This document shows positions 17,278 to 25,971 of a stretch of 64,000 nt of DNA, in pieces. The notes below the pieces were generated by a model that saw only the letters and a list, made by a program, of their open reading frames with translations, made no database searches and was not told the origin of the DNA. The position numbers and the translations under genes are program-made. Within the stretch, counting starts at the first letter, position 1, and the number at the start of each line of letters is the position of its first letter. Source of the DNA: Armatimonadota bacterium (GTDB lineage: Bacteria > Sysuimicrobiota > Sysuimicrobiia > Sysuimicrobiales > Humicultoraceae); the NCBI GenBank assembly GCA_037443565.1, contig JBBIOB010000006.1, positions 4,300 through 68,299 on the forward strand, written 5' to 3'.

Positions 17278-18343
17278 CGAAGCCTGCGTCGAGGGCGCGC
17301 TGGCCGCCGGGCTGCGCTTCTATGCCGGCTACCCGATCACGCCGTCCACCGAGATCGCTGAGATGCTGGCCGCCCGCCTGCCGCAGACCGGTGGGGTCTT
17401 CATCCAGATGGAGGATGAGATCGCCAGCATGGCGGCGGTGATCGGCGCGTCGCTCGCCGGGATGCGCGCGATGACCGCCACCTCCGGGCCGGGGTTCTCG
17501 CTGAAGCAGGAGAACCTGGGCTACGCGGCGATCACCGAGACCCCGTGTGTGATCGTCAACGTCCAGCGCGTGGGCCCGTCGACGGGCATGCCGACCTCGC
17601 CCGCGCAGGGGGATGTCATGCAGGCCCGGTGGGGTGCGCACGGCGACCATCCGGTTGTCGTCCTGTCGCCCTCGTCGGTGCTCGAGACGTACGTGCTCAC
17701 CGCGAAGGCCTTCGCCATCGCGGATGAGCTGCGCATCCCGGTCGTGGTGCTGACCGACGAGATCACCGGCCACATGCGCGAGCGTGTGGTGCTACCAGAC
17801 CCGGACACCCTGCCGCAGGCGCGGCGGCCGCGGGACGGCGATGCGCCGGACGTGCCGGCGATGGCGCACTTCGGCGAGGGCCGGCGGATGCTGGTCACCG
17901 GCCTCTACCACGACGAGACCGGATTCTGGACCGAGGATCAGGAGGTCGCCGATGGGCTCATCCGACGGCTCGTCGGCAAGGTGGAGCGCCGGCGCGAGCA
18001 GCTGGCCGCCACCGACCGCTGGTACCTCGACGACGCGCGGACCGTCGTCCTGGCTTATGGGTGCGTCGCGCGCTCGGCGCTGCGGGCCGTGCGGATGGCG
18101 CGGGAGCGAGGCCGACGCGTCGGGATGCTGCGGCCGGCGACCCTGTGGCCGTTTCCCGCCCACGAGGTCGAGGCAGTCGCCGGCCGCGTCGAGCGCATCG
18201 TAGTGCCCGAGATGAACCTTGGGCAACTCGTGGGAGAAGTCGAGCGCGCCGCCGCCGGCCGCTGCCGCGTGCTCGGGTATCATCGCGTAGACTCGGAGCT
18301 GATCCGGCCCGACGAGCTGCTGGGGGTCCTGGAGGGGGACTAG
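17267..18343 (+). CDS. 2-oxoacid:ferredoxin oxidoreductase alpha subunit (KorA/PorA-like)
   Basis: MQGNEACVEGALAAGLRFYAGYPITPSTEI is a typical alpha-subunit N-terminus. An alternative ATG lies at 17249. The gene overlaps the delta-subunit gene. Confidence 0.85.
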   Translation: MQGNEACVEGALAAGLRFYAGYPITPSTEIAEMLAARLPQTGGVFIQMEDEIASMAAVIGASLAGMRAMTATSGPGFSLKQENLGYAAITETPCVIVNVQRVGPSTGMPTSPAQGDVMQARWGAHGDHPVVVLSPSSVLETYVLTAKAFAIADELRIPVVVLTDEITGHMRERVVLPDPDTLPQARRPRDGDAPDVPAMAHFGEGRRMLVTGLYHDETGFWTEDQEVADGLIRRLVGKVERRREQLAATDRWYLDDARTVVLAYGCVARSALRAVRMARERGRRVGMLRPATLWPFPAHEVEAVAGRVERIVVPEMNLGQLVGEVERAAAGRCRVLGYHRVDSELIRPDELLGVLEGD

Positions 18344-18346
18344 GGC

Positions 18347-19177
18347 ATGAAGGAGCTGCACTACCTGCGCACCGAGCACCTGCCGCACCTCTGGTGCACC
18401 GGCTGCGGCCACGGGATCGTCCTGGGCGCGGTGGTCCGAGCGATGGAGCGCGCAGGGATCGACCGGGATAAGACCGTGGTGGTGTCGGGCATCGGCTGCT
18501 CCTCGCGCGCGGTGGGATACATGAACATGGACACCCTCCACACCACGCACGGGCGCGCGCTCGCGTTTGCCACGGGCATCAAGCTCGCCCGACCCGACCT
18601 GCGGGTGGTCGTGGTGGCCGGCGACGGCGACCTGGCGGCGATCGGCGGCAATCACCTGATCCACGCCGCCCGGCGCAACATCGGGATCACCACCATCTGC
18701 CTCAACAACGGGATCTACGGCATGACGAGCGGGCAGTACTCCCCGCTCACCCCGGCGGGCTACCGCACCACCACGTCGCCCCACGGCCACCTCGAGCGCG
18801 ACTTCGACCTCTGCCGTCTCGTGCAGGCTGCGGGGGCCACGTACGTGGCGAGGAGCACCGCGTATCACGTGCAGCAGACGATCCTCTACGCAACCCGGGC
18901 GCTGGGCCACGATGGGTTCTCGTTCCTCGAGGTCTTCTCGCCGTGCCCGACCTACTTCGGGCGGTTCAACCGCATGGGCGATCCCGTCAAGATGATGGAG
19001 TGGCTGCGCGACAGCACGGTGATGGCCGGACAGGCCGCGCGGATGACGTCTGAGCAACTGGCCGGCCGCGTGCTCCTGGGCGAGTTCCACAAGACGCAGG
19101 ATGTGCCCGAGTACGCGCGGTCGTACCGCGACCTGGTCGCGCGCCTGCGCGGAGGCGATGCGCGCGATGCCCACTGA
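18347..19177 (+). CDS. 2-oxoacid:ferredoxin oxidoreductase beta subunit (TPP-binding)
   Basis: CTGCGHG...GIGCSSR and the GDGD TPP motif. Confidence 0.85.
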   Translation: MKELHYLRTEHLPHLWCTGCGHGIVLGAVVRAMERAGIDRDKTVVVSGIGCSSRAVGYMNMDTLHTTHGRALAFATGIKLARPDLRVVVVAGDGDLAAIGGNHLIHAARRNIGITTICLNNGIYGMTSGQYSPLTPAGYRTTTSPHGHLERDFDLCRLVQAAGATYVARSTAYHVQQTILYATRALGHDGFSFLEVFSPCPTYFGRFNRMGDPVKMMEWLRDSTVMAGQAARMTSEQLAGRVLLGEFHKTQDVPEYARSYRDLVARLRGGDARDAH

Positions 19178-19766
19178 GCGCTGGGAGGCCACCCTGGCCG
19201 GATCGGGCGGCCAGGGGATCATCACCGCCGGCATCATCCTGGCCGAGGCCGCGGTGCAGGCCGGGCTGAACGCCGCGCAGACGCAGTCCTACGGCCCTGA
19301 GTCGCGCGGCGGCGCCAGCCGGGCCGAGGTCGTGATCGCCGACGGCGAGATCGACTTTCCCAAGGCGACGCGGCCCGACGTGCTGCTGGCCATGACGCGC
19401 GAGGCATACCGGAAGTACGTCGGGAAGCTCAAGGACGACGGGGTGCTGATCGTCGATGCCGACCTCGTCGGCGACGTCGCCCCAGGACCGTACCGCGTGG
19501 TCCGCATTCCCATCAGCCGGATCGCCGCCGAGGAACTGGGACGCGGCATCGTCGCCAACATCGTGGCGCTGGGCGTCGTGGTCGCCCTGACCGATGCCGT
19601 GCCCGCCGACGCGCTAGAACGGGCGGTGCTCGCGCGCGTCCCGAAAGGCACCGAGGACTTGAACCGCCGGGCGCTGCGGCGCGGGATCGAGGCCGGCCGC
19701 GACGCGGTACAGGGCGCCGAGCTGGCCCAGGCCGGTTCGGGCGCCACAGGCGGCGCCGTCGCTTAG
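19167..19766 (+). CDS. 2-oxoacid:ferredoxin oxidoreductase gamma subunit
   Basis: MPTERWEATLAGSGGQGIITAG. Overlaps the beta-subunit stop. An alternative ATG lies at 19158. Confidence 0.8.
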   Translation: MPTERWEATLAGSGGQGIITAGIILAEAAVQAGLNAAQTQSYGPESRGGASRAEVVIADGEIDFPKATRPDVLLAMTREAYRKYVGKLKDDGVLIVDADLVGDVAPGPYRVVRIPISRIAAEELGRGIVANIVALGVVVALTDAVPADALERAVLARVPKGTEDLNRRALRRGIEAGRDAVQGAELAQAGSGATGGAVA

Positions 19767-19825
19767 GAATCGGGTGCTCCGCGTGATTGTGAATCCGAAC
19801 GCCGTGCCAAGACGGGTGCTGGTGC

Positions 19826-21355
19826 TCATCCCCCGGCCCTGCCGCCCTCGAACGTCTGAGCCGCCTCCGGCAGGTGGATGTCCACCTCGAACAATCGGTC
19901 CCACGGGAAAGACAGGCCCACGAATCCCGACGGCCCGAGCGCGCGCTCGACCGGCGGGATCACCTGCTCGCGGAACACCTTGAGGGCCGCGGCCTGCACC
20001 GCCGCGCGCGCCTCACCCAGGTGCGCCCCGTTGACGCCGGGCCGCGGGACCACCTCGCTCGCAAGAACCGGCCGCACGACGGCCTGATAGCCCCAGTCGT
20101 CGAGAAGCCGCCGCGTGAGCATGCGGCGGCGCACCTGCCGCAGGCGCACCTCGCTCAACCGCGCCCGCGCGACATAGGTGAGCACGACCTGGGCCACCAC
20201 CGTACCCAGGCTGTTGCTGCACGTGTTCCATCCCGCGTAGCCCGCGAGACCAGAGAAGTCCTCGCGCGCCAGCAGCGACCGGATCAGGGCATCGTCGGCG
20301 CCGTTGGCGAACCGCACGTCGGCGCAGCCGCAGATGAGGCCCCGGCTTGAGGCCTCGACGAGCGCCGCGGCCACGGTGCGCACCGGGGCCGGCGGCGCGC
20401 CGCGCTGGTCGATGGCCTCGCGCTGCAGCACCCCGGCGAAGTTGTGCACCCACAGCAGGATGTCGCCCCCGTCCTCCACCCTCTCGCATCCCGCCGCCTC
20501 GAGGTGGCCGGCCACCGTCTCCTCCAGCGGGCTCGGCTCGTAGCGGGGCACGGTGCGCCGGGCCTCGGGGTAGGTATAGCGCACCGCGACCCGGGGCGGC
20601 CGGCCGGCCTCGTCGACGGCCAGCCGCGCGAGCAGCCGCGCGCCGAGCTCATCGGCGCCGACGGACACATGCGCGCGGCCGGCGGCGGAGCGCTCTCGAA
20701 ACCTCCGCAGCACCGCCAGGTCGGCGCGCGTCAGCCCGAGCGGCGCCGCGTCGTCCTGGCCGATGAGCAGCGCGGCCAGGCTCCCGCGCGCGGCCAGCGC
20801 GAGGAGCTCGAGGTTGACCAGCAGCTGCCGGTGCCGGCGGCGCAGCAGGTCGTCGACGACCGCGGCCGGCACGTCGCGCAGCGCGTCGAGGGCCCTGCGC
20901 AGGCGGGCATCGTCGCCGCTCTGTTCGCCGGCGTCGAGGTCACTCGAGTAGGCCCGCAGACTGTCGCCGTACGTCTCCCAGTAGCCGGGCTCCTCGCCGG
21001 CATCCCCGATGGGGACCCGCGGGTTCACCGCGCTCAGGTACGTGGGTACCCGCGCGGCCAGCCGGACGAGGCGGTCGAGGCGCCGCCAGAGGACTTCCAT
21101 GGGATCCACGCTGAGCCGCGACGCGACGAGTCCGCCGTGGACGAACACCTCGGCCGAGGCGATCAGCGCGTCGGCCGAGGGCGCCTCGCGCTCGGCCCAG
21201 CGGAACAGCGCGTCGAGGTCGGCCGGCCGGCGCCGGTGCCCGAGCAGGTCCCTGGGCGGCGTGTCCCAGGGGACGCCGAGCAGGGGCAGCAGGTCAAGCA
21301 CCACTTCGCGCGTCGCCGGGCGGTCGTCGAGCGGGATGAACAGGATCCGTCTCAC
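19826..21355 (-). CDS. DUF4127-family protein
   Basis: GTG start; VRRILFIPLDDRP matches the ILxxPLDERP N-terminus of DUF4127; about 510 aa. The first roughly 200 aa of the listed ORF 19826..21946 are an antisense read-through of the permease. Confidence 0.6.
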   Translation of the reverse strand: MRRILFIPLDDRPATREVVLDLLPLLGVPWDTPPRDLLGHRRRPADLDALFRWAEREAPSADALIASAEVFVHGGLVASRLSVDPMEVLWRRLDRLVRLAARVPTYLSAVNPRVPIGDAGEEPGYWETYGDSLRAYSSDLDAGEQSGDDARLRRALDALRDVPAAVVDDLLRRRHRQLLVNLELLALAARGSLAALLIGQDDAAPLGLTRADLAVLRRFRERSAAGRAHVSVGADELGARLLARLAVDEAGRPPRVAVRYTYPEARRTVPRYEPSPLEETVAGHLEAAGCERVEDGGDILLWVHNFAGVLQREAIDQRGAPPAPVRTVAAALVEASSRGLICGCADVRFANGADDALIRSLLAREDFSGLAGYAGWNTCSNSLGTVVAQVVLTYVARARLSEVRLRQVRRRMLTRRLLDDWGYQAVVRPVLASEVVPRPGVNGAHLGEARAAVQAAALKVFREQVIPPVERALGPSGFVGLSFPWDRLFEVDIHLPEAAQTFEGGRAGG

Positions 21356-22179
21356 CGGATGGCCCCCATCGTCAGGCCGCGCATGAAGAACCGCTGGGTG
21401 AACAGGAAGACGGCGATGATCGGCAGCGTCATCAGCACCGCGCCGGCGGCGACCGCCCTGGTGTTGTGCGCGAACAGCCCCGACAGGTAGAGGAGCCCGA
21501 CCGCCAGCGGGTACTTGTCGGGCGACTTGAGCACGATCAGCGGCCAGAGGAACGAGTTCCAGACCGCCACGAACTCGAAGAGCCCGAGCACCGCCAGCGC
21601 CGGCGCGATGACCGGGAGCATCACCCGCCACCAGATCGTCCACTCCGACGCGCCATCGATACGCGCGGCGTCCTCGAGCTCCGCCGGGACCGTCAGGAAC
21701 GCCTGCCGCAGCAGGAAGATACCGAAGACCGTCACCGCACCCGGCAGCAACACCCCGGCATAGGTGTCGACTAGACGCAGCCGCAGCAGCGTGACGAAGT
21801 TCACGATCATCCCCACGTGGCCCGGGAGCATCAGCGTGGACAGCAGCAGGGCGAAGATGATCCGGCGGCCCGGGAACTCCATGCGGGCGAGCGGATAGGC
21901 GGCCATCGAGCAGAAGAGCAGGTTGAGGGCCACGGCGATACTGCACAGCACGACGGTGTTGACGAAGAACCGCGGCAGCGGCATCGTCTCCCAGACGGTC
22001 ACGAAGTTGGCCAGCGATGGTGGCCAGGGGAGGACCTGCGGTGGAAAGCCGAAGACGCCGCCGGTGGTGCGCAGCGCGATCCCGAGCAGCCAGAGTAGCG
22101 GGAACGTGGTGAACAGCGCGAGTGCCAGCAGACCCGCGTAGCGGGCGACGAGCCCGGCGCGGCGGGCGGCGTCAGTAAT
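21352..22179 (-). CDS. Sugar ABC permease (MalG-like); N-terminus lacks a canonical start codon
   Basis: The first GTG/ATG is at 22002, yet the in-frame upstream translation ITDAARRAGLVARYAGLLALALFTTFPLLWLLGIALRTTGG is clearly TM1. The only start candidate is ATT at 22179, overlapping the upstream stop. Confidence 0.65.
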   Translation of the reverse strand: MTDAARRAGLVARYAGLLALALFTTFPLLWLLGIALRTTGGVFGFPPQVLPWPPSLANFVTVWETMPLPRFFVNTVVLCSIAVALNLLFCSMAAYPLARMEFPGRRIIFALLLSTLMLPGHVGMIVNFVTLLRLRLVDTYAGVLLPGAVTVFGIFLLRQAFLTVPAELEDAARIDGASEWTIWWRVMLPVIAPALAVLGLFEFVAVWNSFLWPLIVLKSPDKYPLAVGLLYLSGLFAHNTRAVAAGAVLMTLPIIAVFLFTQRFFMRGLTMGAIR

Positions 22180-23113
22180 AGGTCCACCCTCCCTGCCGGA
22201 AGATGCGGAAGTTCACCGCCGAGAGCACCATGACCGCGGCGGCGAGCACCACCGCCAGCGCCGCGGCATAGCCGAAGTCGAGCTGCTGGAATCCCCTGTC
22301 GAAGATATAGAAGAACATCGTGTACGTGCGGAACATCGGCCCGCCGCCGGTCATGACGTAGACTTCCTCGAACACCTTGAGGGCGGCGATCGCCGAGATC
22401 GTGGACGCGACGAGGATATACGGCCGCAGCAGCGGGAGCGTGACCCACCGGAAAACCTGCCAGCGCGACGCGCCGTCGGTCGTCGCCGCCTCCTCGTACT
22501 CGGGCGAGATCGACTGCAGCCCCGCCAGGTAGATCACCATGTAGTAGCCGAGGCCCTTCCACAGCGTGACGAACATGACGGCATACAGCGCGAGATCGGG
22601 ATGCCCGAGCCACGCGACAGGCCGCTGTAGAAGCCCGAGCCGCAGCAGCAGGTAGTTGAGCACCCCATCCTGCTCGAGCAGCCACCGCCACATCAGGCCC
22701 GCGGCGACCATCGAGGTCACGACCGGGATGTAGTAGGCGGCCCGGAGCCAGCGGATCCCCCGAAGCGGCCGGTTGGTGGCGACCGCCAGGCCGATCGACA
22801 GGATCTGGATCACCGGGACCACGAGCAGGAACTTGAACGAGTTGCCGATCGCCATCCAGAAGAACCGGTCGATCCACAGCGCGCGGAAGTGCTCGAGGCC
22901 CACCCACCGCGGGGGCGAGATGACGTCGTATTCAAAGAGGCTGAGGGCGGTGCCGAAGAGGACCGGGTAGAACGTGAATGCGCCGAGCAGTGTCAGCGCC
23001 GGCAGCAGGAACAGGTAGGCGGTCAGCGTCGTCCGCCTCTGCCGGCGGCCGAGGCCCAGAAGTCCGGCGGAGCGATCGGGCGCGCGGGCGGCGGCGCGGA
23101 AGTCAGCCTCCAT
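22172..23113 (-). CDS. Sugar ABC permease (MalF-like)
   Basis: MEADFRAAARAPDR... with six TMs and EAA loop (EEAATTDGASRWQVFRWVTLPLLRP). Confidence 0.75.
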   Translation of the reverse strand: MEADFRAAARAPDRSAGLLGLGRRQRRTTLTAYLFLLPALTLLGAFTFYPVLFGTALSLFEYDVISPPRWVGLEHFRALWIDRFFWMAIGNSFKFLLVVPVIQILSIGLAVATNRPLRGIRWLRAAYYIPVVTSMVAAGLMWRWLLEQDGVLNYLLLRLGLLQRPVAWLGHPDLALYAVMFVTLWKGLGYYMVIYLAGLQSISPEYEEAATTDGASRWQVFRWVTLPLLRPYILVASTISAIAALKVFEEVYVMTGGGPMFRTYTMFFYIFDRGFQQLDFGYAAALAVVLAAAVMVLSAVNFRIFRQGGWTYY

Positions 23114-24116
23114 CGGGGCCGGCGAGCGCCTCGCAGAGCCGGCGCAGCGATTCGACGTAGCGGTAGTTGATGGACGTGTGGTCGTCGTCGAACTCGGCGT
23201 GCTCGTGCCGGATACCGAGCGCCTCGAGCCGGCGGTGGAGCTGCCGGGCGCCGAGATGCAGGTGGTACTGGTCGCGGCTCCCGCACTCGATGTAGAGGAG
23301 CCGCAACCGACGCAGCGCACCGACATAGCCGGGCGCCATGCGCAGCGGGTCCCACGCCAGCCACCGCGCCCAGACCGCCTCGACGATCTCGCCGGTCTGC
23401 GGGTCGAACGGCAGGTCGAACCGGTAAGGCAGGCGAGAGGGATTCGGCGAGTACGCCATGGCCATCGCGGCGATATTCACCGCGGTGATCGCGTCGCCGC
23501 CCTTCTTGGGCATCTCGAGGAAGGCGCGGAGGAACGCGTCGACCCCGCCGTGCTTGGCGACGATCCCGCAAGACTTCCAGAAGTCGGGCATGTAGCAGGC
23601 TTCGAAGAACATGTCGCCCGAGTGCGACGCCGCGGCGCCAAACACGTCGGGGTGGCGCATGGCCAGGACCAGCGCGCCGTATCCGCCGCTCGACTTGCCG
23701 TCGATCCCCCGGTGGGCCGGCGAGGGCAGCGTCCGATAGCGGCGGTCGATGTGCGTGACGAGCTCGTCTGCCACGAAGTCCTCGTACCGGCCGGTGGCCT
23801 CGGAGTTCAGATACTGGCTGCCGCCGAACCGCGTGAAGCCATCGGCCATGACCAGGATCGCCGGCGGCGCGCCCGCGGCGATGACGCGGTCCATGCATTC
23901 AGGAAGGGACGGCACCCAGGGGTTGGCGTTGACCGCCGAGAGCCCGAACCCGGTGAACCCGTGCAGCCAGTAGATCACCGGATACCGGGTGGCGCCGTGA
24001 TCGTAACCCGCCGGGAGGTAGATGGGGATCCGGCGGACATGCGGGTCGTCGAGCGGATTACCGGCCAGGACCCGGCTCTCGATCTCGTCGATGACGACGC
24101 GGCCGGCCTTGCTCAT
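23103..24116 (-). CDS. Alpha/beta-hydrolase esterase (putative carbohydrate esterase)
   Basis: GKSSGGYGAL (GxSxG) and an esterase-D-like fold signature. Confidence 0.7.
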   Translation of the reverse strand: MSKAGRVVIDEIESRVLAGNPLDDPHVRRIPIYLPAGYDHGATRYPVIYWLHGFTGFGLSAVNANPWVPSLPECMDRVIAAGAPPAILVMADGFTRFGGSQYLNSEATGRYEDFVADELVTHIDRRYRTLPSPAHRGIDGKSSGGYGALVLAMRHPDVFGAAASHSGDMFFEACYMPDFWKSCGIVAKHGGVDAFLRAFLEMPKKGGDAITAVNIAAMAMAYSPNPSRLPYRFDLPFDPQTGEIVEAVWARWLAWDPLRMAPGYVGALRRLRLLYIECGSRDQYHLHLGARQLHRRLEALGIRHEHAEFDDDHTSINYRYVESLRRLCEALAGPDGG

Positions 24117-24595
24117 GGCGCAGGCGGTGTCGGGACGACGACCTCGATCCGGTCGCCTCGGCGGATCCGGCCGCCGCCGGTCGTCCCGACGACGCGGGCC
24201 AGGATGCCTCGCCGGCCCACCAGCGTCTGCCGCAGCGCCTCGGGGTCGGTCACCCTGTTGAGCTGCCCGATGACCTCGCAGGGTTCACAGGGCCCGCTCA
24301 CTTCGAGATCGACATCGCCGACGCGCAGCCTGGTCCCCGCGGGCGCGGCGTCGAGATCTGGCAGGTCCACGGTCAACTGCTCGCGGAGCGCCCCGTGGGC
24401 GAACCCCAGCGCATCTAGGACCCGACGATCCACGAGCAGGACCTGCCGGCTTGTGTTGGGCTTCACCTTGCCGTGGAAGTCCCCCTCGAGGCCGTGCGCG
24501 ATCAGGGCGCGGGCTTCCTCAACGAGCCGCGGGAGTGCGTCGCGCGCCGGCTGCAGGTGGATCGAGAGCACGGTTCCGATCTGTGCCACCGTCAT
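24113..24595 (-). CDS. MOSC domain-containing protein
   Basis: 160 aa; GDFHGKVKPNTSRQVLLVD ... GPCEPC is MOSC-like. Confidence 0.6.
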   Translation of the reverse strand: MTVAQIGTVLSIHLQPARDALPRLVEEARALIAHGLEGDFHGKVKPNTSRQVLLVDRRVLDALGFAHGALREQLTVDLPDLDAAPAGTRLRVGDVDLEVSGPCEPCEVIGQLNRVTDPEALRQTLVGRRGILARVVGTTGGGRIRRGDRIEVVVPTPPAP

Positions 24596-24616
24596 TCCTC
24601 CGACCCGGAGTCTACC

Positions 24617-25930
24617 CTAGAGACGTCCATTCCACTGGCCGACGGCCCAGTCCAGCGCGTCCTTCGGACTCCGCTTGCCGTAGAAGGCGCTCTCTATCGC
24701 CTCGCGGAAGATGCGAAACAGGTCGCCCGAGTGCGGGACCACCACGCTCAGGTCGCGCGCCAGCGGCAGGTCGGCGGCGGCTACCTTGCGCGCCACGTCC
24801 TCGGGCGCGGCCCCTCCGCGACGGAAGAACGGATCGGCGGCCGCCTGCTTCGTCGATGGGAAGACCACGACCAGGCGGCTGAAGGCGAGCTGGTTCTCGT
24901 CGCTAGTCACAAACAGGGCGAAGTCGACCGCGGCCTGTGCGTTTCGGCTGGCCCGCGGCACGGCCACGGTCATGGTGGCCAGGTGGAGCGTGTTGCCCCT
25001 GCCCCTGGGATAGCCGGCGACGAAGGTCTGCGCGTAGACGTCCGGATTGTCCTGCTTGACCCGCAGCAGGAACTGCGGCCCGGTGGTCAGCATCCCGAGC
25101 TGCCCGGCGCTGTAGCGCTCGGTCGCGCCCAGGTAGCCGCGCCTCAGCGTGTCCTCGGGAAAGTAGTCGGCCCGAAACAGGTCGACGTATCGCGCCAGGT
25201 ACTGCACGTGCTCGGGCGAGTTGAAGACCGCCCGCTTTCCGTCGCGGCTGAGAACCGGCAGCCCGTTCTCCTGGAAGCGGTGCAGCAGCCGCAGCCCGTC
25301 CACATTGGGCATGAACCCGTAGATCCCCGTGCGGTCCTTGATGACCCGCGCGTGCCGGATCATCTCGTCCTCGGTCGTGGGTGGCTCGCTCGGGTTCAGA
25401 CCGGCGCGGCGATAGATCGCGACGTTATACGCGACTACGCTGGGCGCGACGTACCACGGCACCGCGTAGGTCCGCCCGCGCACCTGACCGGATCGCCAGA
25501 GCCCGTCGAAGTAGCGCGCGCGGACGTCGGGGGAGACGGCGCCGTCCATGTCCACCAGGGCGTTGCGCTCGGCCAGGCGCACCGTCATCTCGACGTTGAG
25601 GTTGACGACGTCGGGCGCCACCCGACCGGCGATCGCGGCCAGCAGACGCTGCTCGATGGCTTGGGACTGCACATCCACCCAACGGACCTGGACGCCCGCG
25701 TTGGCCCGCTGGTAGGCGGTGATCAGGCCGTTGATGTAGTCGTTGAAGAACGGCTGCAGCGAGATGGTCCAGAATTCGAGGGTGACTGCAGGTGTTGCAG
25801 CGGCTGGCACGACCGCTGCAACCGCGACGGCCAGGGCGAAGATACATACGAGGCCGCCCCATAGCCTCGACGGTGAGGCGACACCCGGGCGGCGCGTGAT
25901 GGGTGGAGCGGCTGACATTACTCGGCGCAT
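24617..25930 (-). CDS. Sugar ABC transporter substrate-binding protein
   Basis: Signal/TM segment (LWGGLVCIFALAVAVAAVV), family-1 SBP length and composition. First gene of the minus-strand operon. Confidence 0.75.
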   Translation of the reverse strand: MRRVMSAAPPITRRPGVASPSRLWGGLVCIFALAVAVAAVVPAAATPAVTLEFWTISLQPFFNDYINGLITAYQRANAGVQVRWVDVQSQAIEQRLLAAIAGRVAPDVVNLNVEMTVRLAERNALVDMDGAVSPDVRARYFDGLWRSGQVRGRTYAVPWYVAPSVVAYNVAIYRRAGLNPSEPPTTEDEMIRHARVIKDRTGIYGFMPNVDGLRLLHRFQENGLPVLSRDGKRAVFNSPEHVQYLARYVDLFRADYFPEDTLRRGYLGATERYSAGQLGMLTTGPQFLLRVKQDNPDVYAQTFVAGYPRGRGNTLHLATMTVAVPRASRNAQAAVDFALFVTSDENQLAFSRLVVVFPSTKQAAADPFFRRGGAAPEDVARKVAAADLPLARDLSVVVPHSGDLFRIFREAIESAFYGKRSPKDALDWAVGQWNGRL

Positions 25931-25971
25931 CGCCTCGCAGGTTCTGGCGGCGGCCGGAAGACTCCTTCCTA

